Assembly: GCF_000018105.1 (NCBI RefSeq)
Contig: NC_009925.1
Location: forward strand, 4,140,001 to 4,172,000
Length of the DNA: 32,000 bases
Source: Acaryochloris marina MBIC11017
Lineage (GTDB): Bacteria > Cyanobacteriota > Cyanobacteriia > Thermosynechococcales > Thermosynechococcaceae
Direction: 5' to 3'
Shown here: in pieces, positions 1 through 8,175 of the stretch
How the letters are laid out: the number at the start of each line of letters is the position of its first letter
How positions within the stretch are numbered: the first letter of the stretch is position 1
The notes under the pieces: model-generated
Databases searched by the model: none
Told to the model about the DNA's origin: nothing
Seen by the model: the letters and a program-made list of their open reading frames with translations, nothing else
Position numbers and translations under genes: made by a program

Positions 1-1
1 A

Positions 2-265
2 CCTTTTCTTGAAGCCTCGGATACTTTGAGCATAGACTGCGAGACGAATGCCAGTGGTAAAGTGTGGATCCGTCTGGCCTTTTCAGGAACAGATAAAGGG
101 CGAGTTTTTGGCCGAGGCGGGCGGACCATCCAAGCGATGCGCACAGTGTTGGAAATGGCTGGCAAAGCAGCCAACCAATCGGTGTACCTGGAAGTTTTCA
201 ATGAAGGAGGGGCGAATAAGCAGCCCTCTCGCCCCAAAAGGCCTCCTCAAAAACGGCGCCGTTAA
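2..265 (+). CDS. KH-domain RNA-binding protein (YlqC/UPF0109-like), 5' end cut by the window edge
   Basis: The frame is open from nt 2, so the TTG at 26 is probably internal. GRGGRTIQAMRTV contains the GXXG KH loop. The C-terminal tail is basic and rich in Pro, Lys and Arg. Stop at 263-265. Confidence 0.7.
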   Translation, partial: PFLEASDTLSIDCETNASGKVWIRLAFSGTDKGRVFGRGGRTIQAMRTVLEMAGKAANQSVYLEVFNEGGANKQPSRPKRPPQKRRR

Positions 266-337
266 GCAAAAGCGCCCCGAAGTTAAGAATCTATTGTTAT
301 GAGTAGTCTTAAGCTCAAGGCTACTGATAGACATAAC

Positions 338-362
338 ATCAGAATTTCTGATTCGTTTTTGT
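338..362 (+). terminator. Weak hairpin plus T-tract downstream of the KH gene
   Basis: atcag-aattt-ctgat inverted repeat (338-352) followed by tcgtttttgttt. The stem is short. Confidence 0.3.
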
Positions 363-392
363 TTGTCTCCCCCCTATTCATCTCAAGTCATT

Positions 393-1346
393 ATGGGACT
401 GACGCTTCAGCTACCCAGCCCAGAAAGTGCAATTGCCCTAGCCGGTGAGCAGCAAGGGAATTTAAAGCTGTTTGCTCAGCAAACTGGGGCGCAATTGGTT
501 TTGCGAGGACAAGAACTCCTTATTTCTGGAACGGATAAGCAAACACAACTTTGTCAGCAGCTGATTTATTTACTAGAAGAGGCTTGGCAAACCGGGCAAC
601 CAATCTCGCCAGTCGATATTATGGCTGCTCGCCAGGTCCTCAACGCCAAGCGTCAAGAAGAATGGCAAGACCTCCAGCAGGATATTTTAGCCACGACCCG
701 TCGAGGAGAGCAGATTCGGGCTAAAACCTTACGCCAGCGACAGTATATCCAATCCATTCGCAAATATACATTAACCTTTGGCATTGGTCCTGCCGGTACT
801 GGAAAAACCTATTTGGCTGCCGTATTAGCGGTACAAGCACTGCTAGCCAATGAATATGAACGGTTGATTTTGACCCGCCCAGCCATCGAAGCAGGAGAAA
901 AGTTAGGGTTTCTACCGGGAGATTTGCAACAAAAAGTGAACCCCTACTTGCGGCCTCTCTATGATGCCTTGTATGAGTTGATTGAGGCAGAGCGAATTAC
1001 CAGCTTAATGGAGCGAGGCACCATTGAAGTTGCCCCGCTTGCCTATATGCGAGGACGTACCTTAAACCGAGCCTTTGTCATTCTTGATGAGGCGCAAAAC
1101 ACGACGCCCGCCCAGATGAAAATGATGCTGACCCGGCTAGGCAGGGACTCACGAATGGTTATCACAGGTGATATCACCCAATCCGATCTACCGACGAGTC
1201 AAACGTCCGGGTTGGCTGTTGCCCAAAAAATTTTGCAATCGATCGAAGGCATTTCGTTTTGTCACTTAGGTAAAGGCGACATTGTGCGCAATCCCTTAGT
1301 GTCAAAAATTATTGATGCTTACGAGCATTATGAGACTAAAAAATAG
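393..1346 (+). CDS. phoH: PhoH-family ATPase (phosphate starvation-inducible protein PhoH-like)
   Basis: Walker A GPAGTGKTYLA and Walker B ILDEAQNTT, with PhoH-typical LGFLPGDLQQKVNPYLRPLYDAL and EVAPLAYMRGRTL. The ORF opens at TTG 363; the first ATG is at 393. Confidence 0.9.
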   Translation: MGLTLQLPSPESAIALAGEQQGNLKLFAQQTGAQLVLRGQELLISGTDKQTQLCQQLIYLLEEAWQTGQPISPVDIMAARQVLNAKRQEEWQDLQQDILATTRRGEQIRAKTLRQRQYIQSIRKYTLTFGIGPAGTGKTYLAAVLAVQALLANEYERLILTRPAIEAGEKLGFLPGDLQQKVNPYLRPLYDALYELIEAERITSLMERGTIEVAPLAYMRGRTLNRAFVILDEAQNTTPAQMKMMLTRLGRDSRMVITGDITQSDLPTSQTSGLAVAQKILQSIEGISFCHLGKGDIVRNPLVSKIIDAYEHYETKK

Positions 1347-1391
1347 TCTGATAATGCTCGCGAACAACTATATTTTCGCTTAACCCATTCG

Positions 1392-2291
1392 TTAATCTTG
1401 CTGAGATTTTTGAGCAACGCACATTAACGATAATGCTGCCTCGGGGGAGAGAGAATCAATGCCCGATAAGCGTTGTCCTAGCCTATAGCGCCAATGGGGA
1501 AATTTCCCTTGCACCCCTTTAAGAATGTCTGCACCCACGGTTTGATTATGAGGAAATAGATGGACCTGAAATCCTTTGGGTTGCAGTGTTTGGGTAAAGA
1601 GCTCAGCTGTCACACCATCACCGGGGCGATGATGGATTTCCGTTTTCAAGGCAGTGAGCCTTTCTTCGGAGTCAATATGAAGACTTCGAAGGAAGAATCG
1701 ATAAATGGGCAGCCGCATTTTATAAAACATCAGGGCAAGACCTTGATAGTTCCAAGCTGAGCGCTGCGGATCGTGGTCTACGATCAGGAGTCCACCGGGT
1801 TTCACCAGTCGAGCTGCTTCCGCCAATACGGTCGGCATATCTTCACAATGATGCAGGGTCGCATTCAAGGCAACGATATCTGCAAATTCAGATACGAAGG
1901 GTAGATTGTGAGCATCGGCTTGAACCGGGGTATAGCCGATCTGAGCTGACATTTTGAGGCCCCCTTCAGCAACATCGACCCCAATGATGGTGCGGGGAGA
2001 ACCGCCGATGGAGGCATAGAGGTTGCCAGGTCCACAGCCAATATCGACGACAACCTTGTCATCCCAGCTGCCCATCACGGATAACCATCGTTCCCGAAAG
2101 ACCGGATCGCGGTGGCAAGCATCGAAGTAGCCTTTTGCCCATTCTGGATGACCGAAATAAACACTGTTGGCTTCTATCGCAGGACTAGTTTGAATCGGAG
2201 CGGCCCAAATTCCATCACTGTTTTGAGTAATGGCTGTATGAGCACTAAAAAAAGGAAGTTTTGTGGAGGAAGATACTGCACTCAGAACCAT
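1392..2291 (-). CDS. Class I SAM-dependent methyltransferase
   Basis: SAM-binding motif I VVDIGCGPGN. Downstream DIVALNATLHHC and LVKPGGLLIV fit the Methyltransf_11-type fold. Confidence 0.85.
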   Translation of the reverse strand: MVLSAVSSSTKLPFFSAHTAITQNSDGIWAAPIQTSPAIEANSVYFGHPEWAKGYFDACHRDPVFRERWLSVMGSWDDKVVVDIGCGPGNLYASIGGSPRTIIGVDVAEGGLKMSAQIGYTPVQADAHNLPFVSEFADIVALNATLHHCEDMPTVLAEAARLVKPGGLLIVDHDPQRSAWNYQGLALMFYKMRLPIYRFFLRSLHIDSEERLTALKTEIHHRPGDGVTAELFTQTLQPKGFQVHLFPHNQTVGADILKGVQGKFPHWRYRLGQRLSGIDSLSPEAALSLMCVAQKSQQD

Positions 2292-2464
2292 GACTTTACG
2301 CTATTTGCGCTCCATGTAAATAAGTTGAAGTTGAAAAGCCAAAGAATAAATAATGATTGAAAATAATGAGATCAATCGAAGTGAATAATCTTGAGTTTAT
2401 TGCAGATATCGAAGAGATTCACATGCTGATTTTAATTATTTAACCGCGAGAAAAGAATTCACTA

Positions 2465-2480
2465 TGTGATCTAAGTCACA
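2465..2480. promoter_or_regulatory. Perfect CRP/SyCRP-type palindrome TGTGA-N6-TCACA
   Basis: tgtga tctaag tcaca, extended to tatgtga/tcacata (2463-2482). It lies in the AT-rich 590-bp gap, with its centre 181 bp upstream of the methyltransferase start. Confidence 0.45.
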
Positions 2481-2882
2481 TAATTGCTGAATTTGCAATA
2501 GAGTATTTAAAAGTCAATACCTACAATGCTTTGTGGGTAAGTTGTTGGGCTGATAAGTATTAGTGCCAACAATTTATCCGTAAGAATTTGAAGTTAGTTT
2601 CAAAGCTTTTCCAGATATAAATACGTCTAACTTATGAAGAGCATGGTGTTCCAGCAGATTTATTTAATTTTTTCGGGGAATAAACTGAAACTGTGATTTT
2701 GGATACAAAAAAACGTCGATGTATCTATTGCTTCATGTCGAATGATCACGGATGAGGTTGCTGATAGCTCAACCATCTGGAGGGTATGCATGACTCGAGA
2801 ACTGTGGGGATATGGCTCTCGCAGAACGACTCGCCCATCCCCAGATGCTCCTGATTATGCTAAAGGCCAAGGACAACCGTGA

Positions 2883-3314
2883 TTAGTTACTAATCCATCT
2901 TTGATAAAGCTTTTGGACCGCTTGGGTGACAGATTCCCGAAATTGAGGGGTATCAGTATTACTGGGATCGAGTTGTTGTAATTGGGTTAAAAATTTTGCT
3001 TCTTCTTGGGCTACTTCGCCATCGCTATAGATTAGGCCACTTAAGTCTTCTAAGAGTTGTTGATACGCGGCTGACTTGGGTTTTTTCCCTAAATAATCTT
3101 CTACCCAGGCATAGCATTCTTCTTTGGTCACAGACCGTAATCCGTAGAGCCAGGGGCGTAGTTCTGGATCTTCTTCCACACCTTTATTATGGGCAATCTT
3201 GCGTAGATAGACTTGTTCTGCTTGTTGAACGGTGCCATCTAGCCAGGCTACACCAATTAAGATCTTTAGGAGTTTGACAACATTTGCAGATTGAGACATG
3301 AGTGAAGTCCTCAC
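2883..3314 (-). CDS. TerB-like (tellurite-resistance TerB family / DjlA N-domain-like) protein
   Basis: Two copies of the TerB-type helix motif, AWLDGTVQQAEQVYL and IYSDGEVAQEEAKFL. About 140 aa. The probable start is the second ATG at 3299 (MSQSANV). Confidence 0.6.
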   Translation of the reverse strand: MRTSLMSQSANVVKLLKILIGVAWLDGTVQQAEQVYLRKIAHNKGVEEDPELRPWLYGLRSVTKEECYAWVEDYLGKKPKSAAYQQLLEDLSGLIYSDGEVAQEEAKFLTQLQQLDPSNTDTPQFRESVTQAVQKLYQRWISN

Positions 3315-3525
3315 TGATAGATCGTGATGAAGAAGGCTTAGTTTTAGAAAAGCAGCTTGTTGGAGTTATGTCCATCCATTCGCTGAGTAATGTTAAATCC
3401 CCAACACTGACTGTAAGTGATGCGGTCTTGGTATTGCCTCGATCCTGGTCCTAGAACTGGAAATCAACCCAGGGCTGATCAGCTTTGACCCTATAGTGGT
3501 GTGGGGACTCGTATGCATGTGAAGC

Positions 3526-4122
3526 ATGGATGATGCCTCTGAGCAGATTGCAGGTGTTGATGAAGTCGGTCGAGGGGCCTTGTTTGGCCCTGTTGTAGCG
3601 GCTACCGTTATCCTCTCTGATGGGGCCATTGAACAGTTAGTGGCTCAAGGGATGACGGATAGTAAGAAACTATCGCCACAGCGTCGAATGATATTGATGA
3701 ACCAAATCCGAGAGGTGGCAACGGGGTTTAGGGTGGGGATGGCGTCAGTATATGAGATTGATCGCCTCAACATTTTGCAGGCCAGTTTACTGGCCATGCG
3801 GCGGGCTGTGCTGGGTTTACCATCCACTCCTCAGTTATGCTTAGTCGATGGAAACCAACGGATTCCGAATTTACCGGTACCGCAAAGAACGGTCGTTAAA
3901 GGCGATCAATCCGAACCTGAGATCGCAGCTGCAAGCATCCTGGCTAAAGTCTGGCGTGATCAACTGATTGTCCGTTTAGATCAGCGTTACCCGGGGTATG
4001 ATCTAGCATCGAATAAGGGCTATGGCAGTGCTAAACATCGGCAAGCGTTGCGAGAACTAGGACCAACGCGCCAACATCGATTGTCCTTTGCCCCTTGTCA
4101 GGCCAGTTTACTTCCAGATTAA
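3526..4122 (+). CDS. rnhB: Ribonuclease HII
   Basis: GVDEVGRGALFGPVVAA catalytic DE motif, plus DSKKL, ASILAKV and the NKGYGS..H signature. Confidence 0.95.
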   Translation: MDDASEQIAGVDEVGRGALFGPVVAATVILSDGAIEQLVAQGMTDSKKLSPQRRMILMNQIREVATGFRVGMASVYEIDRLNILQASLLAMRRAVLGLPSTPQLCLVDGNQRIPNLPVPQRTVVKGDQSEPEIAAASILAKVWRDQLIVRLDQRYPGYDLASNKGYGSAKHRQALRELGPTRQHRLSFAPCQASLLPD

Positions 4123-4826
4123 GGATCTGAGGTATCAGATTTTTTGAGCCATTTTTGGTACAAATCCGGTCTGCGATCTCGAGTTCGTTGGATCTGCTGT
4201 TCCTGTCGCCACCGCTCTATCAGTGCATGGTTCCCAGACCTTAGTACAGAAGGGACCTGCCATCCCCGAAACTCAGCGGGTCGAGTATATTGTGGATAAT
4301 CAAGTAACTCAGTTTCAAAACTCTCTTTCTTTAAAGATTCGACCTTGCCGACTGTACCTGGCCGCAAACGAATTACCCCATTTAAAAGAGTTAACGCTGG
4401 AATCTCACCACAGGTCAGCACAAAATCTCCGAGAGACAGCTCTTGGGTGACTAAATGTTCAGCGACTCGCTCATCGACCCCTTCGTAATGGCCGCAAATC
4501 ATCACCAGCTGATCGTAATGATTCGCGAGTTCATGAAATAGCGGTTGATCCATGGGGCGCCCCTGGGGGGTGAACAAGACAATCTGGCGGCGAGGCAAAC
4601 AGGGCAAAGACTCCACAGCCGCAAAAATAGGTTCGGGCTTCATCAACATACCGACCCCGCCCCCATACACCTCATCATCAACCCGATGATGCTTATCCGT
4701 GGTGAAATCGCGAGGATTGGTGAGATGGACCTCTGCAACCTCATTGGCAAGGGCTTTCCCCAACAGACTAGTTTGCAAGGGGGAGGTAAAAAATTCTGGA
4801 AATAAGGTGAGAATATCGAAACGCAC
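4119..4826 (-). CDS. trmD: tRNA (guanine37-N1)-methyltransferase
   Basis: MRFDILTLFPEFF N-terminus, CGHYEGVDERV, SLGDFVLTGGE-like SLGDFVLTCGE and LDYPQYTRP. Convergent with rnhB; the stop codons overlap by 4 bp. Confidence 0.95.
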   Translation of the reverse strand: MRFDILTLFPEFFTSPLQTSLLGKALANEVAEVHLTNPRDFTTDKHHRVDDEVYGGGVGMLMKPEPIFAAVESLPCLPRRQIVLFTPQGRPMDQPLFHELANHYDQLVMICGHYEGVDERVAEHLVTQELSLGDFVLTCGEIPALTLLNGVIRLRPGTVGKVESLKKESFETELLDYPQYTRPAEFRGWQVPSVLRSGNHALIERWRQEQQIQRTRDRRPDLYQKWLKKSDTSDP

Positions 4827-4957
4827 GGTAGGGAGTTCCTGATTCGCTGCAGCTATACCGCCGGGAAGAAGATGGTCACCGATCTATGCCAGGGGACAAA
4901 GCCATCTATATAGGTATAAGTCGCAATAATTTATAGGTGTGAAATGGAGAGGATGAA

Positions 4958-5812
4958 CTAGGCAGTAATCATGGTTCCAATCCCAGAATCGGTAAAAATT
5001 TCTAGCAGTAGGGCATGGGGGGCGCGACCATCAATAATATGGGCAGCTTGAATCCCTTGGGCTAAAGAGCGAATACAGCAGGTCACCTTTGGAATCATGC
5101 CTCCAGCTACAACCTCTGCTGCTATCAGCTCACGAGCCTGGCGAATATCCAGTTTGTGAATGAGGGATGTTGCGTCTTTATAGTCTTGAAGAATGCCTGG
5201 GGTATCCGTTAGTAGAATGAGTTTCTCAGCATCTAACGCAGCGGCGAGTTCTCCCGCGACGGTATCAGCATTAATGTTATAGACCTGTCCTTCTTCGTCG
5301 GTCGCCACACTGGACACGATGGGAATATGTCCCCCATCGAGCAGGTTATGGATCAGTTGGGGGTTTACTGAGGCCACCTCTCCTACAAACCCAATGCCAG
5401 ATTCTCCCTGGGGACGAGCCGTGAGTAACTTGCCGTCCTTGCCGCAGACGCCAACAGCCGATCCTCCGGCCTGGTTAATTAGGGAAACCAGTTCTTTATT
5501 CACTCGCCCCACCAACACCATCTCAACCACATCCATTGTTGGTGCATCGGTTACTCGCAAACCCTTCATAAACTGAGGCTCAATTCCCAACTTTTCCAGC
5601 CATAGATTAATTTCCGGTCCCCCGCCATGGACGAGGACAGGGCGTAGACCAACACAAGCCATAAACACCACATCCCGAATTACTGTGGCTTTAAGGGTGC
5701 TATCTTTCATGGCCGCCCCACCATATTTAACAACGACTGTGCGTCCAGCGAAGGATTGGATGTAAGGAAGAGCCTCACTTAATACTTGGACGCGATCGCT
5801 AGCGTTAAACAT
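4958..5812 (-). CDS. argB: N-acetylglutamate kinase
   Basis: [19 protein letters not shown] and [14 protein letters not shown] are amino-acid kinase family signatures. The ORF opens at TTG 5827; the first ATG (MFNASD) is at 5812. Confidence 0.93.
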   Translation of the reverse strand: MFNASDRVQVLSEALPYIQSFAGRTVVVKYGGAAMKDSTLKATVIRDVVFMACVGLRPVLVHGGGPEINLWLEKLGIEPQFMKGLRVTDAPTMDVVEMVLVGRVNKELVSLINQAGGSAVGVCGKDGKLLTARPQGESGIGFVGEVASVNPQLIHNLLDGGHIPIVSSVATDEEGQVYNINADTVAGELAAALDAEKLILLTDTPGILQDYKDATSLIHKLDIRQARELIAAEVVAGGMIPKVTCCIRSLAQGIQAAHIIDGRAPHALLLEIFTDSGIGTMITA

Positions 5813-6253
5813 GGGGTTGGGTGGCAAACAAAGAGAACAACGCGCAAACCATTGAACAGTAAAGGCTTGCCCATAGACAGCAGTTTAGCTCGTTATGGTA
5901 GGTGACCGTAAGCAGGTCATGCAAGCAAGCCTCATAGCTATGATTGACGCTCTCTGATGATCAGGAGAGGGATATCAACATCCGTCTTTAGTCGAGAACT
6001 TTTCAGGTCGGTTGAACGACTAAAAGGTATCCAGTTACGGCAGACTTCTTTTAGAGAAGAAAATATGATTTCCTCGTCATATCGTGTCAGTTATGGTGAG
6101 GTCATAGGTCTTTTTATGTTCTGAATTTTAATTTCCTTCATATAATCTTTTGAGAAATAATTTATATATTCTCTTAGGTGCTGTAGGCTTTTTAGAAATA
6201 ATTTTCCTGGAATACCTTCTGTGTTTTGACGAGTTAAAGTCATATTTTGTGGG

Positions 6254-6283
6254 TTGCATTACATGGTAATTGATGGTTATAAT
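6254..6283 (+). promoter_or_regulatory. Sigma70-type promoter candidate for cassette 1 (TTGCAT-18 bp-TATAAT)
   Basis: TTGCAT at 6254-6259 and TATAAT at 6278-6283. It sits 17 bp inside the start of the near-identical block and implies a 5' leader of about 390 nt before the A1 ATG. Confidence 0.45.
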
Positions 6284-6677
6284 TAGGTCATTAAAAGTAT
6301 TTTTACTCTAATAAATTTTAAGATAAAACTTATTATCATATCATTATTATTTCTGAAAACAATAAAATATAAGCATCTTTTTTATTCACTTAAGGAATAC
6401 TTAGAGAATCCTGAGAATCTTCTCAGAGTGGTTATTGTAATTACAGTGTTTAGTAGCTGTAGGCCCAATCATTCCTGACTAAATAATCTAGAAAGAAATA
6501 AAGGAGTCATGAGTTTTCTTTGTTTCTTTTGCTTGTTTATCCAATATTTGAAGCGTTGTGATGAACTGCTTCTCAAATATTTGAATGAAACTAAGCAGGA
6601 ATGATTGCCTATTTTGTTGGTGTGCAGCCCCGATTGCTTTGATCTCTAAAAATTTATTCACCTTAGTGAGGTTTAAT

Positions 6678-7127
6678 ATGAAAGCTCAACGCCTTCTACC
6701 CCTTTGCTCTGCTCTTTTCTTGGGTTTAGCTGCTGCTCCTGCCTTTGCAGGTTCTGCTAGTGTTTCCAACAGCTTCTCCATTCGTGATATCAAGAATGGT
6801 TATTCTCACACCAATATTAAAGTGAAAGAATGGTACGGCGGTATTCGTTCTGCTGGAGCCGATGCTAGCAAGGTATCTGTTGGTGTTACCACAACCCAGG
6901 ACGGTAGCACGACTACTCAGACTCAATATTGTGGTTGGGGTTGTAAGAAGTCTACGACTACAAACAACGGCCTATTTTCTGAAACAGATTACTCTGTTGC
7001 CACTTCTTCTAGCTGGTCCAAAGAGTACGGTGCATTCAAAAAAGACACTAACGTTCATGTTCATGAGAGCTATCACTTTGATGGCATCGACAAGACTCAC
7101 ACCGTTGGCTCTAGCTTCAGCTTCTAA
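6678..7127 (+). CDS. Small secreted protein A1 (149 aa, Ser/Thr/Gly-rich, CxxxC, C-terminal ...HTVGSSFSF); unknown family
   Basis: SD gtgagg lies 7 nt upstream of ATG 6678. Sec signal peptide MKAQRLLPLCSALFLGLAAAPAFA|GS. A paralogous copy is at 10214-10663. The 31-codon extension from 6585 in the ORF track has no RBS. Confidence 0.8.
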   Translation: MKAQRLLPLCSALFLGLAAAPAFAGSASVSNSFSIRDIKNGYSHTNIKVKEWYGGIRSAGADASKVSVGVTTTQDGSTTTQTQYCGWGCKKSTTTNNGLFSETDYSVATSSSWSKEYGAFKKDTNVHVHESYHFDGIDKTHTVGSSFSF

Positions 7128-7165
7128 ATCAAGCTAGCTGCTTCATATCTAAGCCAAACAAACAA

Positions 7166-7190
7166 GGGGCAGCAGCTAAGCTGTTGCCCC
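7166..7190 (+). terminator. Strong intercistronic hairpin after gene A1 (attenuator or RNA-stabilising stem)
   Basis: GGGGCAGCAGC-taa-GCTGTTGCCCC is an 11-bp stem with one G-U pair, followed by TTTGCTC (short U-tract). It is conserved identically at 10702-10726. Confidence 0.55.
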
Positions 7191-7215
7191 TTTGCTCAGC
7201 TCAGGAGAATTAATC

Positions 7216-7956
7216 ATGCGTTATCGTCTTGGGCTGTTGAGTACATCGGTTGTGGGAATGTTGACATTGTCATCTGGCTCAGTTTTAGCCCAAACGACAA
7301 ATAACATCACAGTACCTAACAACTCCCAATCAACAGCTAACCCTGAAGTCAGCCTTGATCAGCAGGGCTCATTAGTAAATACTCAGGTCAACAGTACAAC
7401 CTTAGGCCGCAGTGTTGTTGGCAACGGCATAGCAGACTGTACCAGTAATGGTTTAAGCGTGTCAGCCTATGGTAGTGGTGTCGGTCCCTTTGATACCGGT
7501 ACGGTTGGCGGTGCGATTACCTATACCCATTCTTTTGGGATGGATACCTGTAAGCAGTACGCCAAGAATCAATTAGGGAAAGCGAAGCTTGAAACCTGTT
7601 TTTTATTAATCAGTAACTATTCCAAAATGGTTAAAGCAGGTATTGATGTCAGCTATACAGCGCTGATGGAAGTGGCTAATGTTGACTGTCCACCTGTGAC
7701 AGTTCGTCAAGCTGCGATTCCTCAGCCCTCTCCTTCTGCCTCGAATCGTCCAGCATCGACTCCGGTTTCATTGCAAGGGCAGCAACCCGCTCCAACGCCT
7801 ACGGTGCGAGAGTATGGCAATAGTCCACAGAATCCACCTCAAGCGCAGACCCCATCCCCATCGGAGCCACAACTCAAGACAGCATTACCTAACTCAACTT
7901 CAGAGTTGCCTGCTGTTCAAGGGCCTCAACGATTGACGGCTAAAGAGTTGCTTTAA
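7216..7956 (+). CDS. Secreted protein B1 (246 aa; 4-Cys globular part plus Pro/Gln/Ser-rich C-terminal tail); unknown family
   Basis: SD aggag at 7203-7207. Signal peptide MRYRLGLLSTSVVGMLTLSSGSVLA|QT. The tail reads PQPSPSASNRPASTPVSLQGQQPAPTPT..PQNPPQAQTPSPSEPQ. Copy at 10752-11492. Confidence 0.8.
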   Translation: MRYRLGLLSTSVVGMLTLSSGSVLAQTTNNITVPNNSQSTANPEVSLDQQGSLVNTQVNSTTLGRSVVGNGIADCTSNGLSVSAYGSGVGPFDTGTVGGAITYTHSFGMDTCKQYAKNQLGKAKLETCFLLISNYSKMVKAGIDVSYTALMEVANVDCPPVTVRQAAIPQPSPSASNRPASTPVSLQGQQPAPTPTVREYGNSPQNPPQAQTPSPSEPQLKTALPNSTSELPAVQGPQRLTAKELL

Positions 7957-8175
7957 TGTCGATTCAGGGGATAACACTGTGTGTTGCCTACTTTGATTCT
8001 CTGTTGCGACCTAATCAGACCAAAAAGCATTGCTGTGAATTTCTGGCTTGATAGTATTTCCAGCGCTAAAGAAAGACTTTTATAGTCTGTGATTAAGCCA
8101 GCCACATATGACTGACTTCAGCTCCCAGGATTGAAATGTCTCGGACAGGCACCCCGAATAAGGAGGGCATGATTG

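Noticed and set aside
4119-4122. Convergent genes with overlapping or abutting stops and no terminator: rnhB/trmD share TTAA, and GH104/ylxR are 2 nt apart.
   Set aside because: This is common in compact bacterial genomes and not evidence of special regulation on its own.
6585-6677. N-terminal extensions of the cassette ORFs in the track: A from 6585/10121, B from 7192/10728, C2 from 11696, and D from 8657/12271.
   Set aside because: The internal ATGs (6678, 7216, 8176/11753, 8708/12313) each have a well-spaced Shine-Dalgarno sequence and start a canonical signal peptide. The extensions have no RBS, and for C and D they differ completely between copies.
6862-7137. Alternative-frame and antisense ORFs inside gene A: 6862-7137 and 10281-10673 on the plus strand, 6726-6926 and 10262-10456 on the minus strand.
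   Set aside because: They arise from the biased Ser/Thr/Gly codon composition. They are not conserved between the two copies (91 versus 130 aa), and they have no RBS.
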